The notes beneath the pieces are model-generated. The model was not told the origin of the DNA. It did no database searches and saw only the letters and a list, made by a program, of their open reading frames with translations. Shown here one piece after another: positions 34,060 to 43,645 of a stretch of 64,000 nt of DNA. This DNA comes from a virus (Duplodnaviria > Caudoviricetes). Made by a program: the position numbers and the translations under genes. The DNA lies in the IMG/VR virus record IMGVR_UViG_3300011405_000002, positions 1,451 to 65,450 of that record. The stretch is one strand, 5' to 3'. The stretch's first letter is position 1. The number at the start of each line of letters is the position of its first letter.

Positions 34060-34230
34060 ATGGAACTGGAATTACCAATTCAGAAGAACGAGCAACTGGC
34101 TATCAGGCTGGAGCCGGAACTGAAGAAGCGGCTGGATGATCACGCCAAGAAAGTCGGGCATTCTGCGTCGACCGTAGCCCGTGCCATCATCAAAGCATTC
34201 TTCGATGAACAGAGGAGAAAGAAACAATGA
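34060..34230 (+). CDS. Arc/RHH-type repressor (56 aa)
   Basis: QLAIRLEPELKKRLDDHAKKVGHSASTVARAII. Confidence 0.8.
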   Translation: MELELPIQKNEQLAIRLEPELKKRLDDHAKKVGHSASTVARAIIKAFFDEQRRKKQ

Positions 34231-34649
34231 TTGAAACGGTTCGCATTCCCAGCAAAAGTTTCTCGGCCTTATCTGGGTCAGAGATAATCGAAATTCTCTG
34301 CACTCAACTACGATCCGCCCTTGAGGCTGATGATTCATTTTCGCCGCACCTTACATTCCCCGTAGTCGAGGCGCAGTGGTCTCTCACTTTCAGGGCGTAT
34401 CCTGGCCGCAACAGCGTGACGCCGATCGAGGTGAAGGTGGGCCTAAAAGCGAAGGGCGAAGGCGAACTGCCTGAACTTCAGGAGCCCATCGTCGGCGATA
34501 AGAAAGGCGAGATCGTGACGGACACCCCGGACGCAGAGCGCGTGAAGCACGGCATGCCGGTGACGAGGCCGGAACTGGTAGGAGGCCGCTTTGTTGACCA
34601 GAAAATTATCGAGAAGCCGCTTCCTGAGATTCCGAGAATGGAGGACTGA
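34227..34649 (+). CDS. Hypothetical protein
   Basis: ATGA overlap. Confidence 0.6.
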   Translation: MIETVRIPSKSFSALSGSEIIEILCTQLRSALEADDSFSPHLTFPVVEAQWSLTFRAYPGRNSVTPIEVKVGLKAKGEGELPELQEPIVGDKKGEIVTDTPDAERVKHGMPVTRPELVGGRFVDQKIIEKPLPEIPRMED

Positions 34650-34846
34650 TGCGTCAAAGCAAGTTTGAGATTTACCGGGACGCCAAGAAGGAATACCGGT
34701 GGCGGCTTCGAAATGCGAACGGGAAAATCACCGCCGATAGCGGCGAGGGCTATGAAAGAAAGAACGCCGCCGCAAGGGCTGCACGGCGACATCAGGTTTC
34801 GGTCTATACCGCGGTCATCGTTTTCATCGAACCGAAGGTGAAGTAA
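34649..34846 (+). CDS. YegP/DUF1508-family protein
   Basis: KFEIYRD...YRWRL...NG...ADSGEGY. Confidence 0.8.
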   Translation: MRQSKFEIYRDAKKEYRWRLRNANGKITADSGEGYERKNAAARAARRHQVSVYTAVIVFIEPKVK

Positions 34847-34940
34847 TGGGACGCGAGAAATGGCCGGCCGATCCGAAGGCTAAACTTCAGTCCCTGGCCG
34901 GTCTGTTTCCAGAGAAGTTCAAGAAGGCCAAGAAAAAGAA

Positions 34941-35174
34941 GTGAGCCTGATCAATCTGACTGTAAACATGACTCGGGTCGCGGAGGCGTTAGAGCGTATC
35001 GCGGTCTGTATGGAACGCGCCTTCCCGGTTCCCGAGTTTCACGAAACAAAGAAGCGTGGCGCAGAGGCCATCGTGAGGTCATCCCCAGCGGCACAATGGG
35101 AAAGAGAACAAAAACAGATTCGAAGGAAAATCCGGGAGGAGGAGGGCCTGCCTCCACTCCCAGAGAACGAGTAG
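34941..35174 (+). CDS. Small hypothetical protein
   Basis: Operon packing. Confidence 0.5.
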   Translation: MSLINLTVNMTRVAEALERIAVCMERAFPVPEFHETKKRGAEAIVRSSPAAQWEREQKQIRRKIREEEGLPPLPENE

Positions 35175-35461
35175 CGAAGAAAGAGTCGGCGATTGTTGAT
35201 CTCCCGGCTGCCTTTTTTGAGACTCCTGTTTCCGCGCAGACAACGATGAACCGTGCGGACCTTCGAATGGTTCTCACGAAGTACGAGGGCCGTCTGGACG
35301 CGAAGGGCTACTCTTGGGATATCAAGTCCAAGGTGCTTGGTGGAGGCATCTACCTCGTAAGCCTCAAGCGCGGCGAGCGCGTCGTGGTTGTCGAGGAGGA
35401 GTCGGATCTACCTCGCTTTGAGCGAGACATTCTTTTGCTGAGTGAGGCGTTGCGTGGATAA
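35096..35461 (+). CDS. Hypothetical protein
   Basis: Start uncertain; overlaps neighbours. Confidence 0.4.
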   Translation: MGKRTKTDSKENPGGGGPASTPRERVAKKESAIVDLPAAFFETPVSAQTTMNRADLRMVLTKYEGRLDAKGYSWDIKSKVLGGGIYLVSLKRGERVVVVEEESDLPRFERDILLLSEALRG

Positions 35462-35804
35462 GCAAGAATTCAACGACGGCGTTCCTGCCGTTCCGAAAAT
35501 GAGAACTTTCAAAGGCGATCTGTCTGTCAAGACGATCATGGAAACGTATTGCGAGTGCTGCTTTGGAAACGTCGAGCCGACGCAGATTCGATGCAACAAG
35601 GAAACGTGGCGCAAATTGCTTCACAAAATGATCGACGTTGCCGACCCGCGCTATGGCGGCATGATGTTGATGCGGATCAACGCCGCCAGCGTCGTTTACG
35701 ATCCCGAAGTTCCTGAAGGCCAGTTGCACTTCGACGTTCCGGCTGACAACGGAAGGTTTGGTGCGATTCTGGAGTTGGATGTAGAATCGGCTTCGAACTT
35801 ATGA
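35442..35804 (+). CDS. Hypothetical protein
   Basis: 120-aa ORF upstream of terminase. Confidence 0.45.
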   Translation: MRRCVDKQEFNDGVPAVPKMRTFKGDLSVKTIMETYCECCFGNVEPTQIRCNKETWRKLLHKMIDVADPRYGGMMLMRINAASVVYDPEVPEGQLHFDVPADNGRFGAILELDVESASNL

Positions 35805-35953
35805 GTGACCTATAAACACAACAACAGCGCGAGGACGGGATGGAATTCCTCACAAGAAGTTTGCTCGGCACTTCCGGGCGACTGTAGCGGGCTGGTGGCC
35901 CTAACGACCGATACGGGCCATCCCCACAAAATTTGACACTTGCAAGTCAGGGG

Positions 35954-35989
35954 AAGGCCGGGAGCCAAAAACTCTCGGCCTTTTCGTTT
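35954..35989 (+). terminator. Intrinsic terminator-like hairpin just before the terminase start
   Basis: AAGGCCGGGAG-CCAAAAA-CTCTCGGCCTT followed by TTCGTTT. Confidence 0.5.
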
Positions 35990-36006
35990 GTGCTATCCTG
36001 CCGCCA

Positions 36007-38169
36007 ATGTACAGCCGCGTAGTCGTAGAATCCCGCCTGAAGAAAGCCTCTCAGGCACTCGGGTTCGAAATCCAATACCACAGCGACTCTGACCGTGAGC
36101 GCAACGTTGCCGACCTGGTGGCGCTTCGAGACCAAGAGACAGGTGCGCTGAAGGGCAAACTCGATCAGGACCAAATTCGTTTCATCCGGAACGAAAGGGC
36201 GCGCGTGACATGCGACCTGAGCGCGTATCACCAGTACGTTCACATCGTTGGGTGGGAAGGACGGAAGGTCCGCTATAAGCCCAACATTGCCCAAAGGATC
36301 ATGGGCGATCTTCGCGCAGAGATGGAAGGAAAAGGCCACGCTATCAAGATCATGAATCTCAAGGCGCGGCGCCTCGGTATCTCAACAGACGAGGAAATCG
36401 CCATCGGGCATCGCGTGCAATGCTGGTCTCACACCACAGGGATCGTTGCGTCTGCGGATCCAGAGATGTCTGCGAAGATGTCGCAGATCCTCGAATTCAA
36501 CTGGCAGCACATGCCATGGTTTCTGATGCCGCGGAAGACGCGCTACAACGTCGGCGAACTGATTGGCTTCGGTGATATTGGAAGTCAGGTTTCGATTCAG
36601 GCCGGTTCGCAGTTGAAAGGTATCGGTCGCGGTGACACGCCGCAGGTTGCCCACCTCTCGGAAATTTCGTACTACAAGAATCCTGAAGAACTGATCGAAG
36701 CGTCCCTGGTCCGCGCAATGATTCCGAATCCCTACACACTTCTCTTGCTCGAGACGACGGCAGCCGGCCGATTCGGATGGACGTACGACACTTGGGTTCA
36801 CTCGAAAGAGAACTGGCCAAACTCCGACTTGCGTCCAGTTTTCCTGCCCTGGTACGTGGGCTCAGATATCTATCCGTCTGAAACATGGATCAAGCAATTC
36901 CCGATTCCAGTTGGTTGGCGTCCACACGAACTGACGATCAAACACGCGGAGCAAGCTGCAGCGTACGTGCGCGTGAGCGACATTCTCCGAAAGTACTTGG
37001 GGCCAGACTGGAAGATGCCGCTTGAGCAGATGTGGTGGTGGGAGTTTGAATACCGGGCGGCAAAGCAGAAAAAGACTCTCGCCAAGTTCCTTGCTGAAAT
37101 TGCGGCCGATGATGAATCGGCGTTCCAGTCGGGTAACGTCTCGTGTTTCGACGTCGAAGTGATCGCGTCTCACCGGGCAAATACGAAGCCGCCGATCGAC
37201 GTCTACGGGTTCAACGGTGCGCACATTGCGCCGAAGCTTCGTGTGGATCCTTCGCGGTCGAAGATCCGCAATCACAACAAGCCCTGCATCGATATCACCG
37301 CGCGATGGCATCGGATGCACGAGCCGATGACGTTCCAGTTGGTTCCAGTGTTGTGGAATCCTGACAGGTCGCATCTTGACCACTTGCTAATTTACGAGCA
37401 CCCGCGCGCCGATCAGAACTACGGGTTCGGCGTCGACACATCGGAAGGCGTGGGACGGGATTGCTCGGTATTTAATGGCATTCGCAAGGGCACGATGTAC
37501 GACGATGCCGAACAGGTGTGCCTGTATTCAAGTTCGACGATTGGCGCTCTCGACCTCTGGTCTCTCCTGATGGCTGTTGGGACATACTACTCCACGAAAG
37601 ACATCAATGGGATTCTGCGCCAGGCGCGTATCGCAATCGAGGTTGGACGTGGAAGTGGAGAGGCCTGCCAGGAAGAGTTGAAGAAATCTGGATGGTCAAA
37701 CTTCCACCCGTGGCATCGAATGGCAGCACCTCAGAAGTTCCAGAGTGCATCCCAGAGCATCGGGTGGCGCATGACTGAAGCTTCTCGCCGATTTATGCTG
37801 CTTTGGCTCATCGACGCGATCGATAACTACTGGCTGCGCGTGAATGCTCCTTCAACGGTTTCGGAACTGGAGGGTCTTGAGAAGGACAGCCAGTCACAGA
37901 AACTGAAAGCGTCCTACGGCATGAGGGACGACGAAGTGATCTCGCTCGGGATCGGACTCGCTTCGCTCCACCTCGACGAACTGCTTTTGAAGAAGTCGAT
38001 GGACCGCCGAAAGAACGCGACCGTGGCCCGCGAGTATCTCCGGTACAAGCCTCCCCTCTCAGCCTCCAGCCTGCCAGAGCACATGCTCAACAGCGTGCGG
38101 TCGACTGTCGATCAGGAGTATGAGAGTGAAGGGTTTCTTGGTATAAGCCAGCGTCTTATGGGAAGATAG
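36007..38169 (+). CDS. terL: Terminase large subunit
   Basis: LKARRLGIS (Walker A variant), GRG.T...HLSE (Walker B), ETTA.G coupling motif, GVDTSEGVGRD nuclease, DDEV. Confidence 0.9.
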   Translation: MYSRVVVESRLKKASQALGFEIQYHSDSDRERNVADLVALRDQETGALKGKLDQDQIRFIRNERARVTCDLSAYHQYVHIVGWEGRKVRYKPNIAQRIMGDLRAEMEGKGHAIKIMNLKARRLGISTDEEIAIGHRVQCWSHTTGIVASADPEMSAKMSQILEFNWQHMPWFLMPRKTRYNVGELIGFGDIGSQVSIQAGSQLKGIGRGDTPQVAHLSEISYYKNPEELIEASLVRAMIPNPYTLLLLETTAAGRFGWTYDTWVHSKENWPNSDLRPVFLPWYVGSDIYPSETWIKQFPIPVGWRPHELTIKHAEQAAAYVRVSDILRKYLGPDWKMPLEQMWWWEFEYRAAKQKKTLAKFLAEIAADDESAFQSGNVSCFDVEVIASHRANTKPPIDVYGFNGAHIAPKLRVDPSRSKIRNHNKPCIDITARWHRMHEPMTFQLVPVLWNPDRSHLDHLLIYEHPRADQNYGFGVDTSEGVGRDCSVFNGIRKGTMYDDAEQVCLYSSSTIGALDLWSLLMAVGTYYSTKDINGILRQARIAIEVGRGSGEACQEELKKSGWSNFHPWHRMAAPQKFQSASQSIGWRMTEASRRFMLLWLIDAIDNYWLRVNAPSTVSELEGLEKDSQSQKLKASYGMRDDEVISLGIGLASLHLDELLLKKSMDRRKNATVAREYLRYKPPLSASSLPEHMLNSVRSTVDQEYESEGFLGISQRLMGR

Positions 38170-38175
38170 GCGCCG

Positions 38176-38445
38176 ATGAGACGCGGACCTGTTTTCCCAT
38201 TCTCGAAGAAGCGGTTCCTGGCTGGCAAGCGGATCGTCTCCCATGCCGACATCGAGAATCGCGATTGCCCTGCCTGCGGTGGAACCGGAAAGAAAACTCT
38301 CGCTCAGGTTGGGAATACGTTCACGAAGAAATCTGAAGTTGCGTGGTGGTGTGACGTTTGTGCTGGCACAGGGACAATCGCGACAACGGAAAGTACCTAC
38401 AGGGATCTTCAGGAACATTACGGAGTCAAGCATGTCGTCATCTAA
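38176..38445 (+). CDS. Small Zn-finger protein
   Basis: CPACGGTG...CDVCAGTG (DnaJ-type CxxCxGxG repeats). Confidence 0.55.
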   Translation: MRRGPVFPFSKKRFLAGKRIVSHADIENRDCPACGGTGKKTLAQVGNTFTKKSEVAWWCDVCAGTGTIATTESTYRDLQEHYGVKHVVI

Positions 38446-38498
38446 ATCATCTTCTAAGCCTGAAGTTGGGTGCCGCAATAAGACAAAGGAAAGCGCCA

Positions 38499-39110
38499 AT
38501 GCCAATCTATGATTTCGTCGGAAAGTGCGGGAAGTCTTTCGAGGCAGTAGTCCCGTCTGGTACCGAGAAAACTTCGTGCAGGTGCGAGAAGGCTCGATGC
38601 GTTGCGAAGCGTGACGAAATAGTCAGACTCCGTGGGCACAGCAGACAAGAAGCTATGAATGCGGCTCGGTTTTTAGCTCCAGTTGTGTACCGCGCGAAAG
38701 ACGGTACATATAGATTCCCTGGATCCACAAATTCCAAGGAAACACGGCGCCTCGAAAGACTCGGGATGGAGCGCGTTGAACTTAACGACACGGTTAAAAT
38801 AAGAAAATTCGAAAAATCCATGAACGAGTCGGAGCGCCAGAAGTATCAGGCATTTCAGGCAGGCCGTGAGCGTCTCTACCGCGATCAACGTAAGATCAGC
38901 CGCGACTCTCCTGAATGGAAAGCCGCCTATTCTCGAATGAGTCCGCGGGAGCGAGAGTTTGCCGATTACGCGATGAAACAGAACGATGAGAAGCGGTTTG
39001 CTGAACGGTCGTTCGACGCCGGCTTCAACATCCAGGCGTTTTCGTACGACTCTTCGAATCGTGAGGAGCATCGGGACGTGTCGACCGGATGGCGTGGGAG
39101 GAAGTACTGA
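38499..39110 (+). CDS. FmdB-like Zn-ribbon protein, often found between terminase and portal
   Basis: MPIYDF..KCG..FE; AAGGAA RBS. Confidence 0.6.
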   Translation: MPIYDFVGKCGKSFEAVVPSGTEKTSCRCEKARCVAKRDEIVRLRGHSRQEAMNAARFLAPVVYRAKDGTYRFPGSTNSKETRRLERLGMERVELNDTVKIRKFEKSMNESERQKYQAFQAGRERLYRDQRKISRDSPEWKAAYSRMSPREREFADYAMKQNDEKRFAERSFDAGFNIQAFSYDSSNREEHRDVSTGWRGRKY

Positions 39111-39430
39111 TGTTTGAATACCTGCAACCGAAGGATGGTCCTGTCGTCGATGGCTTAGAACCGTACGAGATCGTGATGGCAGAAAAGCAGCCGGAATACA
39201 ATCCGCTGCGCATCCTGCCCGGTGCCACGCCTCATGGCGAGCGGCTCTCACGGTGGACCTTCACGCCCGAGCAGCGTCTGGCAATAGCAAACGGAGCGGA
39301 TATCTTCCTTGAACTCCTGACGTTCAATCTTCCGATGCAGCCGATCCGGATTGCCGTTGGCGACAATCCCAGCGATGAGGTCTTCCGTCAAGGCTACAAT
39401 CTGGTCTACTTCGAAAAGGTTCCGGTCTAA
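39110..39430 (+). CDS. Conserved-type phage hypothetical protein
   Basis: QPEYNPL...SRW..T.EQR..IA.G..I.L.LLTF..P.QP. Confidence 0.6.
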   Translation: MFEYLQPKDGPVVDGLEPYEIVMAEKQPEYNPLRILPGATPHGERLSRWTFTPEQRLAIANGADIFLELLTFNLPMQPIRIAVGDNPSDEVFRQGYNLVYFEKVPV

Positions 39431-41509
39431 ATGTCACGTCGCCTGTCCGACTACCGCGCTCCTCGATTCGACTCCGCGGAGCCGGAAAAGGTCGGCTGGT
39501 TCGACGATCAGTTCAAGCAGGCTCAAGCCTTCCTCCAGTCTCAGCGAGCATTCCCCGACCTCGACAAAGCCCGGGAGTTCATTGCGGGCCCCGACATGGA
39601 GCGCCTTCCGGATTCCTACAGCCGTGTCGACCTCAACATGGGCAAGCGGCAGATCCGCGAGAACATCGCTACCCTCTCGAACGTCAGGCCGTTATGGGGC
39701 TTCCACACCGATCAGAAGGAACTTGAAGGACTCGTCGACTATCGCAACCGGATGCTGCGCGCATGGCATCAAAACACGTTCTTCGACCGATCTCTTGAAG
39801 ACACCCTGAAATACACAGGTGTCGAAGGAACCGGCTACATCCGGCCGTACTGGGATCCGAACCACTACGCTCCAGGCCGCGGCGAAATCGTCTGCGCATC
39901 CTACGGCGCCGGCCAAGTCTTCCCTGTCCAGATGGGGCAGGATCGCAACATCCAGAAAGCCTACGCGGTGATCATCCACCATCAGGTTCCTCTCGCCCAG
40001 GCGCACGCGATGTATCCCACCAAGCAGCACCTCATCACTCCTGACCGCGATGGGCCTACTGGACTCTTGAAAGTATGGGGCAAGGTGCAGCGCTGGCTTT
40101 CCCCTGCGTTGAACGTTGGCGGAACTGGCCGCGGACAAGGAACCGATAACGCCATCTTTCCGGTCGCTGATATCTACGAAGTGATCATCCTCGACCCGTC
40201 CATCAACGAGACCGATCATGAGATGTCTTTCGGGAAGCCGGATACGTCGTGGTTCTATAAGGTGCCGTACGTTGGAATGGAAATCCCGGCTGGCTACAAC
40301 AACACGTCTGGCCAGTTGCTTTACCGCAAAGCGCTTCCTGAAGACTGCATGATGTATCCGCTCAGGCGCAGGATGGTCTTCTCGTCGAAGTGCTGCCTTG
40401 ATGACGACACGCAGCAGGAATGGCACGGCAAAGTGCCTCTGGTGAAGTTCCAGTTAGATTCCTGGCCGTGGGAGTATCTCGGGTTTGGAATGCCTCGCGA
40501 CTACCGCCCGGTGCAGGATTCGAATCGGCGTATCCTCCGCGGGATCGACGACAAGATCAATGCGGGCCTGAATCCGGCTCTGAAATACAACGACGGCACG
40601 ATCGCGCGCTCTCTCGTCGAAGAACTCGACGTTCGACAGCCTGGCCAGAGTGTTGGCGTGGATATGAGCCTTGGGGAACAGATCGCCCCGCTTCTCGGTT
40701 CCGATTACTACCGAGTCGATGCTGCCGTCTATCAGCACGTCGAATGGATGTTCCAGCAGGCTTCTTACCTGATCGGAGCGCCGGCGCTCGCGGGGCTCGC
40801 CTCTCTTCGCCAGATGCCATCCGATCAAACTCAGGAGAAGTTTGCCGAAGCGATGGGCGCCCTTGTGTGGGACTACTCTCGTGAAGTCGAACGCGGACTC
40901 TCAGAATTCGGCGAGCTCTGGAAATGTATGTCGTTCCAACGGTACGACGCCCGGCGCACGGTCCACATGACCGAGATCGACGGTGTGACTGATCGCATCA
41001 TCAACTGGGAACCTGAAACGGTTATTCCTTCGCATCTGCCGAACGAGAGCAAGCAATCGCCTTCTCAGTACAACTGGTATCAGCGCGCGCGTTTCTACAT
41101 GGACAAGATGTACATGCAGATCAAGCCGATGACCGCGCACCAGGTCACTCAGATTTCGCACCGGCTGTTCCTCGAACGACTGCGCGAACAAGGATTCCCG
41201 ATCGATCCTGAAACATTGGCCGATGCTTCAGACATTCCAAACTTCGGCAAGATCAAAGGCGCCACGGTTCTCGAGAAGTACATCAACTGGAAACAACTCG
41301 AAGCGGCGATTCAGGCGAAGGCAATCAAGTTGGCGCAGGAAGGTCTGGCGCAAGGGAATGCGACCGATCCGAACGCTGAAGGAGGTGGAGGCGCTGCAGC
41401 AGCCGCGGCGAGTGGTCCTGCTAAACCCGAAGGCCGTCCGCCTACCGGCACAGACGCACCTCGTCTTGAAACCAAGGACGGCGGCCGTACGTCGATAACG
41501 CAGTCATGA
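39431..41509 (+). CDS. Portal protein
   Basis: 692 aa between terminase and scaffold; WHGKVPLV, Q..NR.L..I.D, Gln/Ala-rich tail. Confidence 0.8.
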   Translation: MSRRLSDYRAPRFDSAEPEKVGWFDDQFKQAQAFLQSQRAFPDLDKAREFIAGPDMERLPDSYSRVDLNMGKRQIRENIATLSNVRPLWGFHTDQKELEGLVDYRNRMLRAWHQNTFFDRSLEDTLKYTGVEGTGYIRPYWDPNHYAPGRGEIVCASYGAGQVFPVQMGQDRNIQKAYAVIIHHQVPLAQAHAMYPTKQHLITPDRDGPTGLLKVWGKVQRWLSPALNVGGTGRGQGTDNAIFPVADIYEVIILDPSINETDHEMSFGKPDTSWFYKVPYVGMEIPAGYNNTSGQLLYRKALPEDCMMYPLRRRMVFSSKCCLDDDTQQEWHGKVPLVKFQLDSWPWEYLGFGMPRDYRPVQDSNRRILRGIDDKINAGLNPALKYNDGTIARSLVEELDVRQPGQSVGVDMSLGEQIAPLLGSDYYRVDAAVYQHVEWMFQQASYLIGAPALAGLASLRQMPSDQTQEKFAEAMGALVWDYSREVERGLSEFGELWKCMSFQRYDARRTVHMTEIDGVTDRIINWEPETVIPSHLPNESKQSPSQYNWYQRARFYMDKMYMQIKPMTAHQVTQISHRLFLERLREQGFPIDPETLADASDIPNFGKIKGATVLEKYINWKQLEAAIQAKAIKLAQEGLAQGNATDPNAEGGGGAAAAAASGPAKPEGRPPTGTDAPRLETKDGGRTSITQS

Positions 41510-41688
41510 AAACCGAAATCGAACTGACTCCACTATCGGAAACCCTCACGCGCAAAGTGCGCCACAATCCCCGCGACTTGGAATTATTGAGAATGTTGAT
41601 CAAGGAAGCCAAGAAAACAGGCGTGATGCACTTGCATTTTCAAAGCGGCACTCTCTGCGTTATCGAACTCGAAGAAAAAGAATCCTAA
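41506..41688 (+). CDS. Small hypothetical protein
   Basis: ATGA overlap; G.M.LHFQ.G. Confidence 0.5.
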   Translation: MKTEIELTPLSETLTRKVRHNPRDLELLRMLIKEAKKTGVMHLHFQSGTLCVIELEEKES

Positions 41689-41885
41689 AAAGATTCCCTA
41701 AAACACTTCAGCCCCCTGAGTTACTATTCAGGAGGCTGAGATGTCGAGTAGTTCGCGTAGTTCACAAGTGTGCAAAACTTGCAATCAGAAATTACCACGG
41801 AGTTTGAGTTATCGCCTACAATTTTCTCCAATTCTGATGCCGTTAAAAAACAAAAGGCTGGGACATCTCTAGTGAAAGCAGTAAA

Positions 41886-42010
41886 CCAGATTCGGCCACC
41901 CGCATTGCTCTGGTGGCTCTTTCCCGGGCAACGAGTGCGTAGTCGATTCGCACTAAACGAGGGCTCGCGTCCCGGTCCACAAAAGCCTGTGACTCTTAAA
42001 CTGAATCTGG
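41886..42010 (+). ncRNA. Candidate multi-stem RNA
   Basis: Closing stem CCAGATTC/GAATCTGG enclosing three internal hairpins. Confidence 0.4.
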
Positions 42011-42199
42011 AATAAAACTTCTTATCCAAAGGCTGCCAGTCAACCACTCTAATACAGGGAAGAGGGGAGAGGCCCTCGGTGTATCTGCAGTCAAGAAAAG
42101 AAAAGTATTGCAATCGAAATCCGCATTGGGTGTAAAGTGACACTCGAACTGCGGGTTTACCGGTTGTTGTAAGGATCAACTCCTTTCGAAACAGACGAA

Positions 42200-42235
42200 G
42201 CTCGGCAGAGGTTAAAAGCCTTTGCCGGGCTTTTT
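42200..42235 (+). terminator. Intrinsic terminator-like hairpin before the capsid operon
   Basis: GCTCGGCAGAGG-TTAAAAG-CCTTTGCCGGGC-TTTTT. Confidence 0.6.
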
Positions 42236-42266
42236 GTATTTTGGAGCACGAAAGAATGGCGAATCG

Positions 42267-42521
42267 ATGTCAATGAATCCCTCGTACGGAGGCTCTGCGG
42301 TGGCTCAAGGAGCGCAGCAGCAGACCAACATCGCCGACGAAATCAGAACGGTGATGCGCCAGGTTCGTGAAATTCAAGGCCAACTCGACGCGATTGCTCA
42401 AACCTTTCCAGTTGCCTCGGAACCGTTCGATCGTTCGAAGGCTGCAATGCTGGAAGGTATCAAGGCAATCTTGGCAAACTCCGCAGGCCCTGAACCGGCA
42501 GCCACAAGGACTCTCGCATGA
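42267..42521 (+). CDS. Small head-assembly-region protein
   Basis: Helical 84 aa upstream of the scaffold gene. Confidence 0.55.
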   Translation: MSMNPSYGGSAVAQGAQQQTNIADEIRTVMRQVREIQGQLDAIAQTFPVASEPFDRSKAAMLEGIKAILANSAGPEPAATRTLA

Positions 42522-42654
42522 AAACGCAACGCTGGACCCTGATGCAGCTTGCGGGCAGGAAGGTGTTCTCGATCGCTCGACCCGTCATCGACGGAAGGCA
42601 GTCGGCCCAAACACTGGACCCTAACCCCAAACAATCAACAGGAAGGCAATAGCG

Positions 42655-43596
42655 ATGGACTTCGATCTCAAGATTTTCCTCGACGATTTGAAACTGACTC
42701 CCGAAGAACGGACCCAGGCTGAAGCTTTATTCACTCCCCGGGTTGACGTTCTGAAATCCCGCGTGATGGCGCAGGCCGACTACAGCCGGAACATGGACAA
42801 CCTTCGAAAGTTGAAGGACGGCCTGACGGCGAAAGAAACGGCGATCGAGAACGACTTCGCTCGAGTGGCGCAGTTCGAAGCCAAGATGGGCGAGATTCTC
42901 GGCACGTCCGATGTGAACCAGGTGGCGCCGGCGCTCCAGACTCTCCTGACCGACCGGGAGACTTTGAAGGCGCAGTACGCAGCTATGGAAGCAGAGCTCA
43001 AGAAACATGCTGGCGAGTACGGGTTCGAGTTTAAGCCCCCCGTTGGAGGCACGCCGAATACCCCGAATACTCCCGTCCACAAGCAGAACACGGTGGACAC
43101 GACAAAGTTCGTGACGCGCGACGAAGTGACGGCGGATCTCCGGTCGACCTATCCGCAGGTGGCCGCCCAGATCCACGACATCAACATCCAGCACACGAAA
43201 CTTTTCGGAGCCCCTCTTGAGAACGCCAGTGAACTCGTGGCCCTCTCGATGCAGTCCGCGCAGGACGCCATTCGATTCCGCGATCCTTCCCGCGAGAAGA
43301 CTCCCAGTCAGATTTGGCAGGAGAAGTACAACGTCTCCGGCAAGTTGGCTGAAGTCGCGGAAGCCGGGATCCAGGCCCGAATCGCAAAGGGCATCGAGGA
43401 AGACCGGATCAAGCGGGCGTCTCAGCAAGGCAATTCGCCGATACCGAACGCCGGACTTCCCGGTTCTCCGGTCATTGGCGCGCAATTTAAGCCGGTTGTC
43501 GACGCGACCAAAGTCGTCAACGCTGGCAACCAGAACCGCGGCGTCGAAGGGGCAATGCAGCGCTTCGGCACGTATTACGGCGGTCAAAGTCAGTAA
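42655..43596 (+). CDS. Capsid scaffolding protein
   Basis: Coiled-coil, acidic, directly upstream of the major capsid gene. Confidence 0.7.
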   Translation: MDFDLKIFLDDLKLTPEERTQAEALFTPRVDVLKSRVMAQADYSRNMDNLRKLKDGLTAKETAIENDFARVAQFEAKMGEILGTSDVNQVAPALQTLLTDRETLKAQYAAMEAELKKHAGEYGFEFKPPVGGTPNTPNTPVHKQNTVDTTKFVTRDEVTADLRSTYPQVAAQIHDINIQHTKLFGAPLENASELVALSMQSAQDAIRFRDPSREKTPSQIWQEKYNVSGKLAEVAEAGIQARIAKGIEEDRIKRASQQGNSPIPNAGLPGSPVIGAQFKPVVDATKVVNAGNQNRGVEGAMQRFGTYYGGQSQ

Positions 43597-43645
43597 CTAT
43601 CCCCGGGCGTTAATCGATCCGGGCCGTCAGACATAGGAGCTAAAA

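Noticed and set aside
36007-38169. Possible intein in the long terminase
   Set aside because: No C/S...HN-C/S/T splice motifs or LAGLIDADG blocks.
42727-43587. 286-aa minus-strand ORF, and similar long antisense ORFs (61426-62364, 54025-54897, 2551-3279, 7602-8306)
   Set aside because: Expected shadows of GC-rich coding sequence; no RBS or domain pattern.
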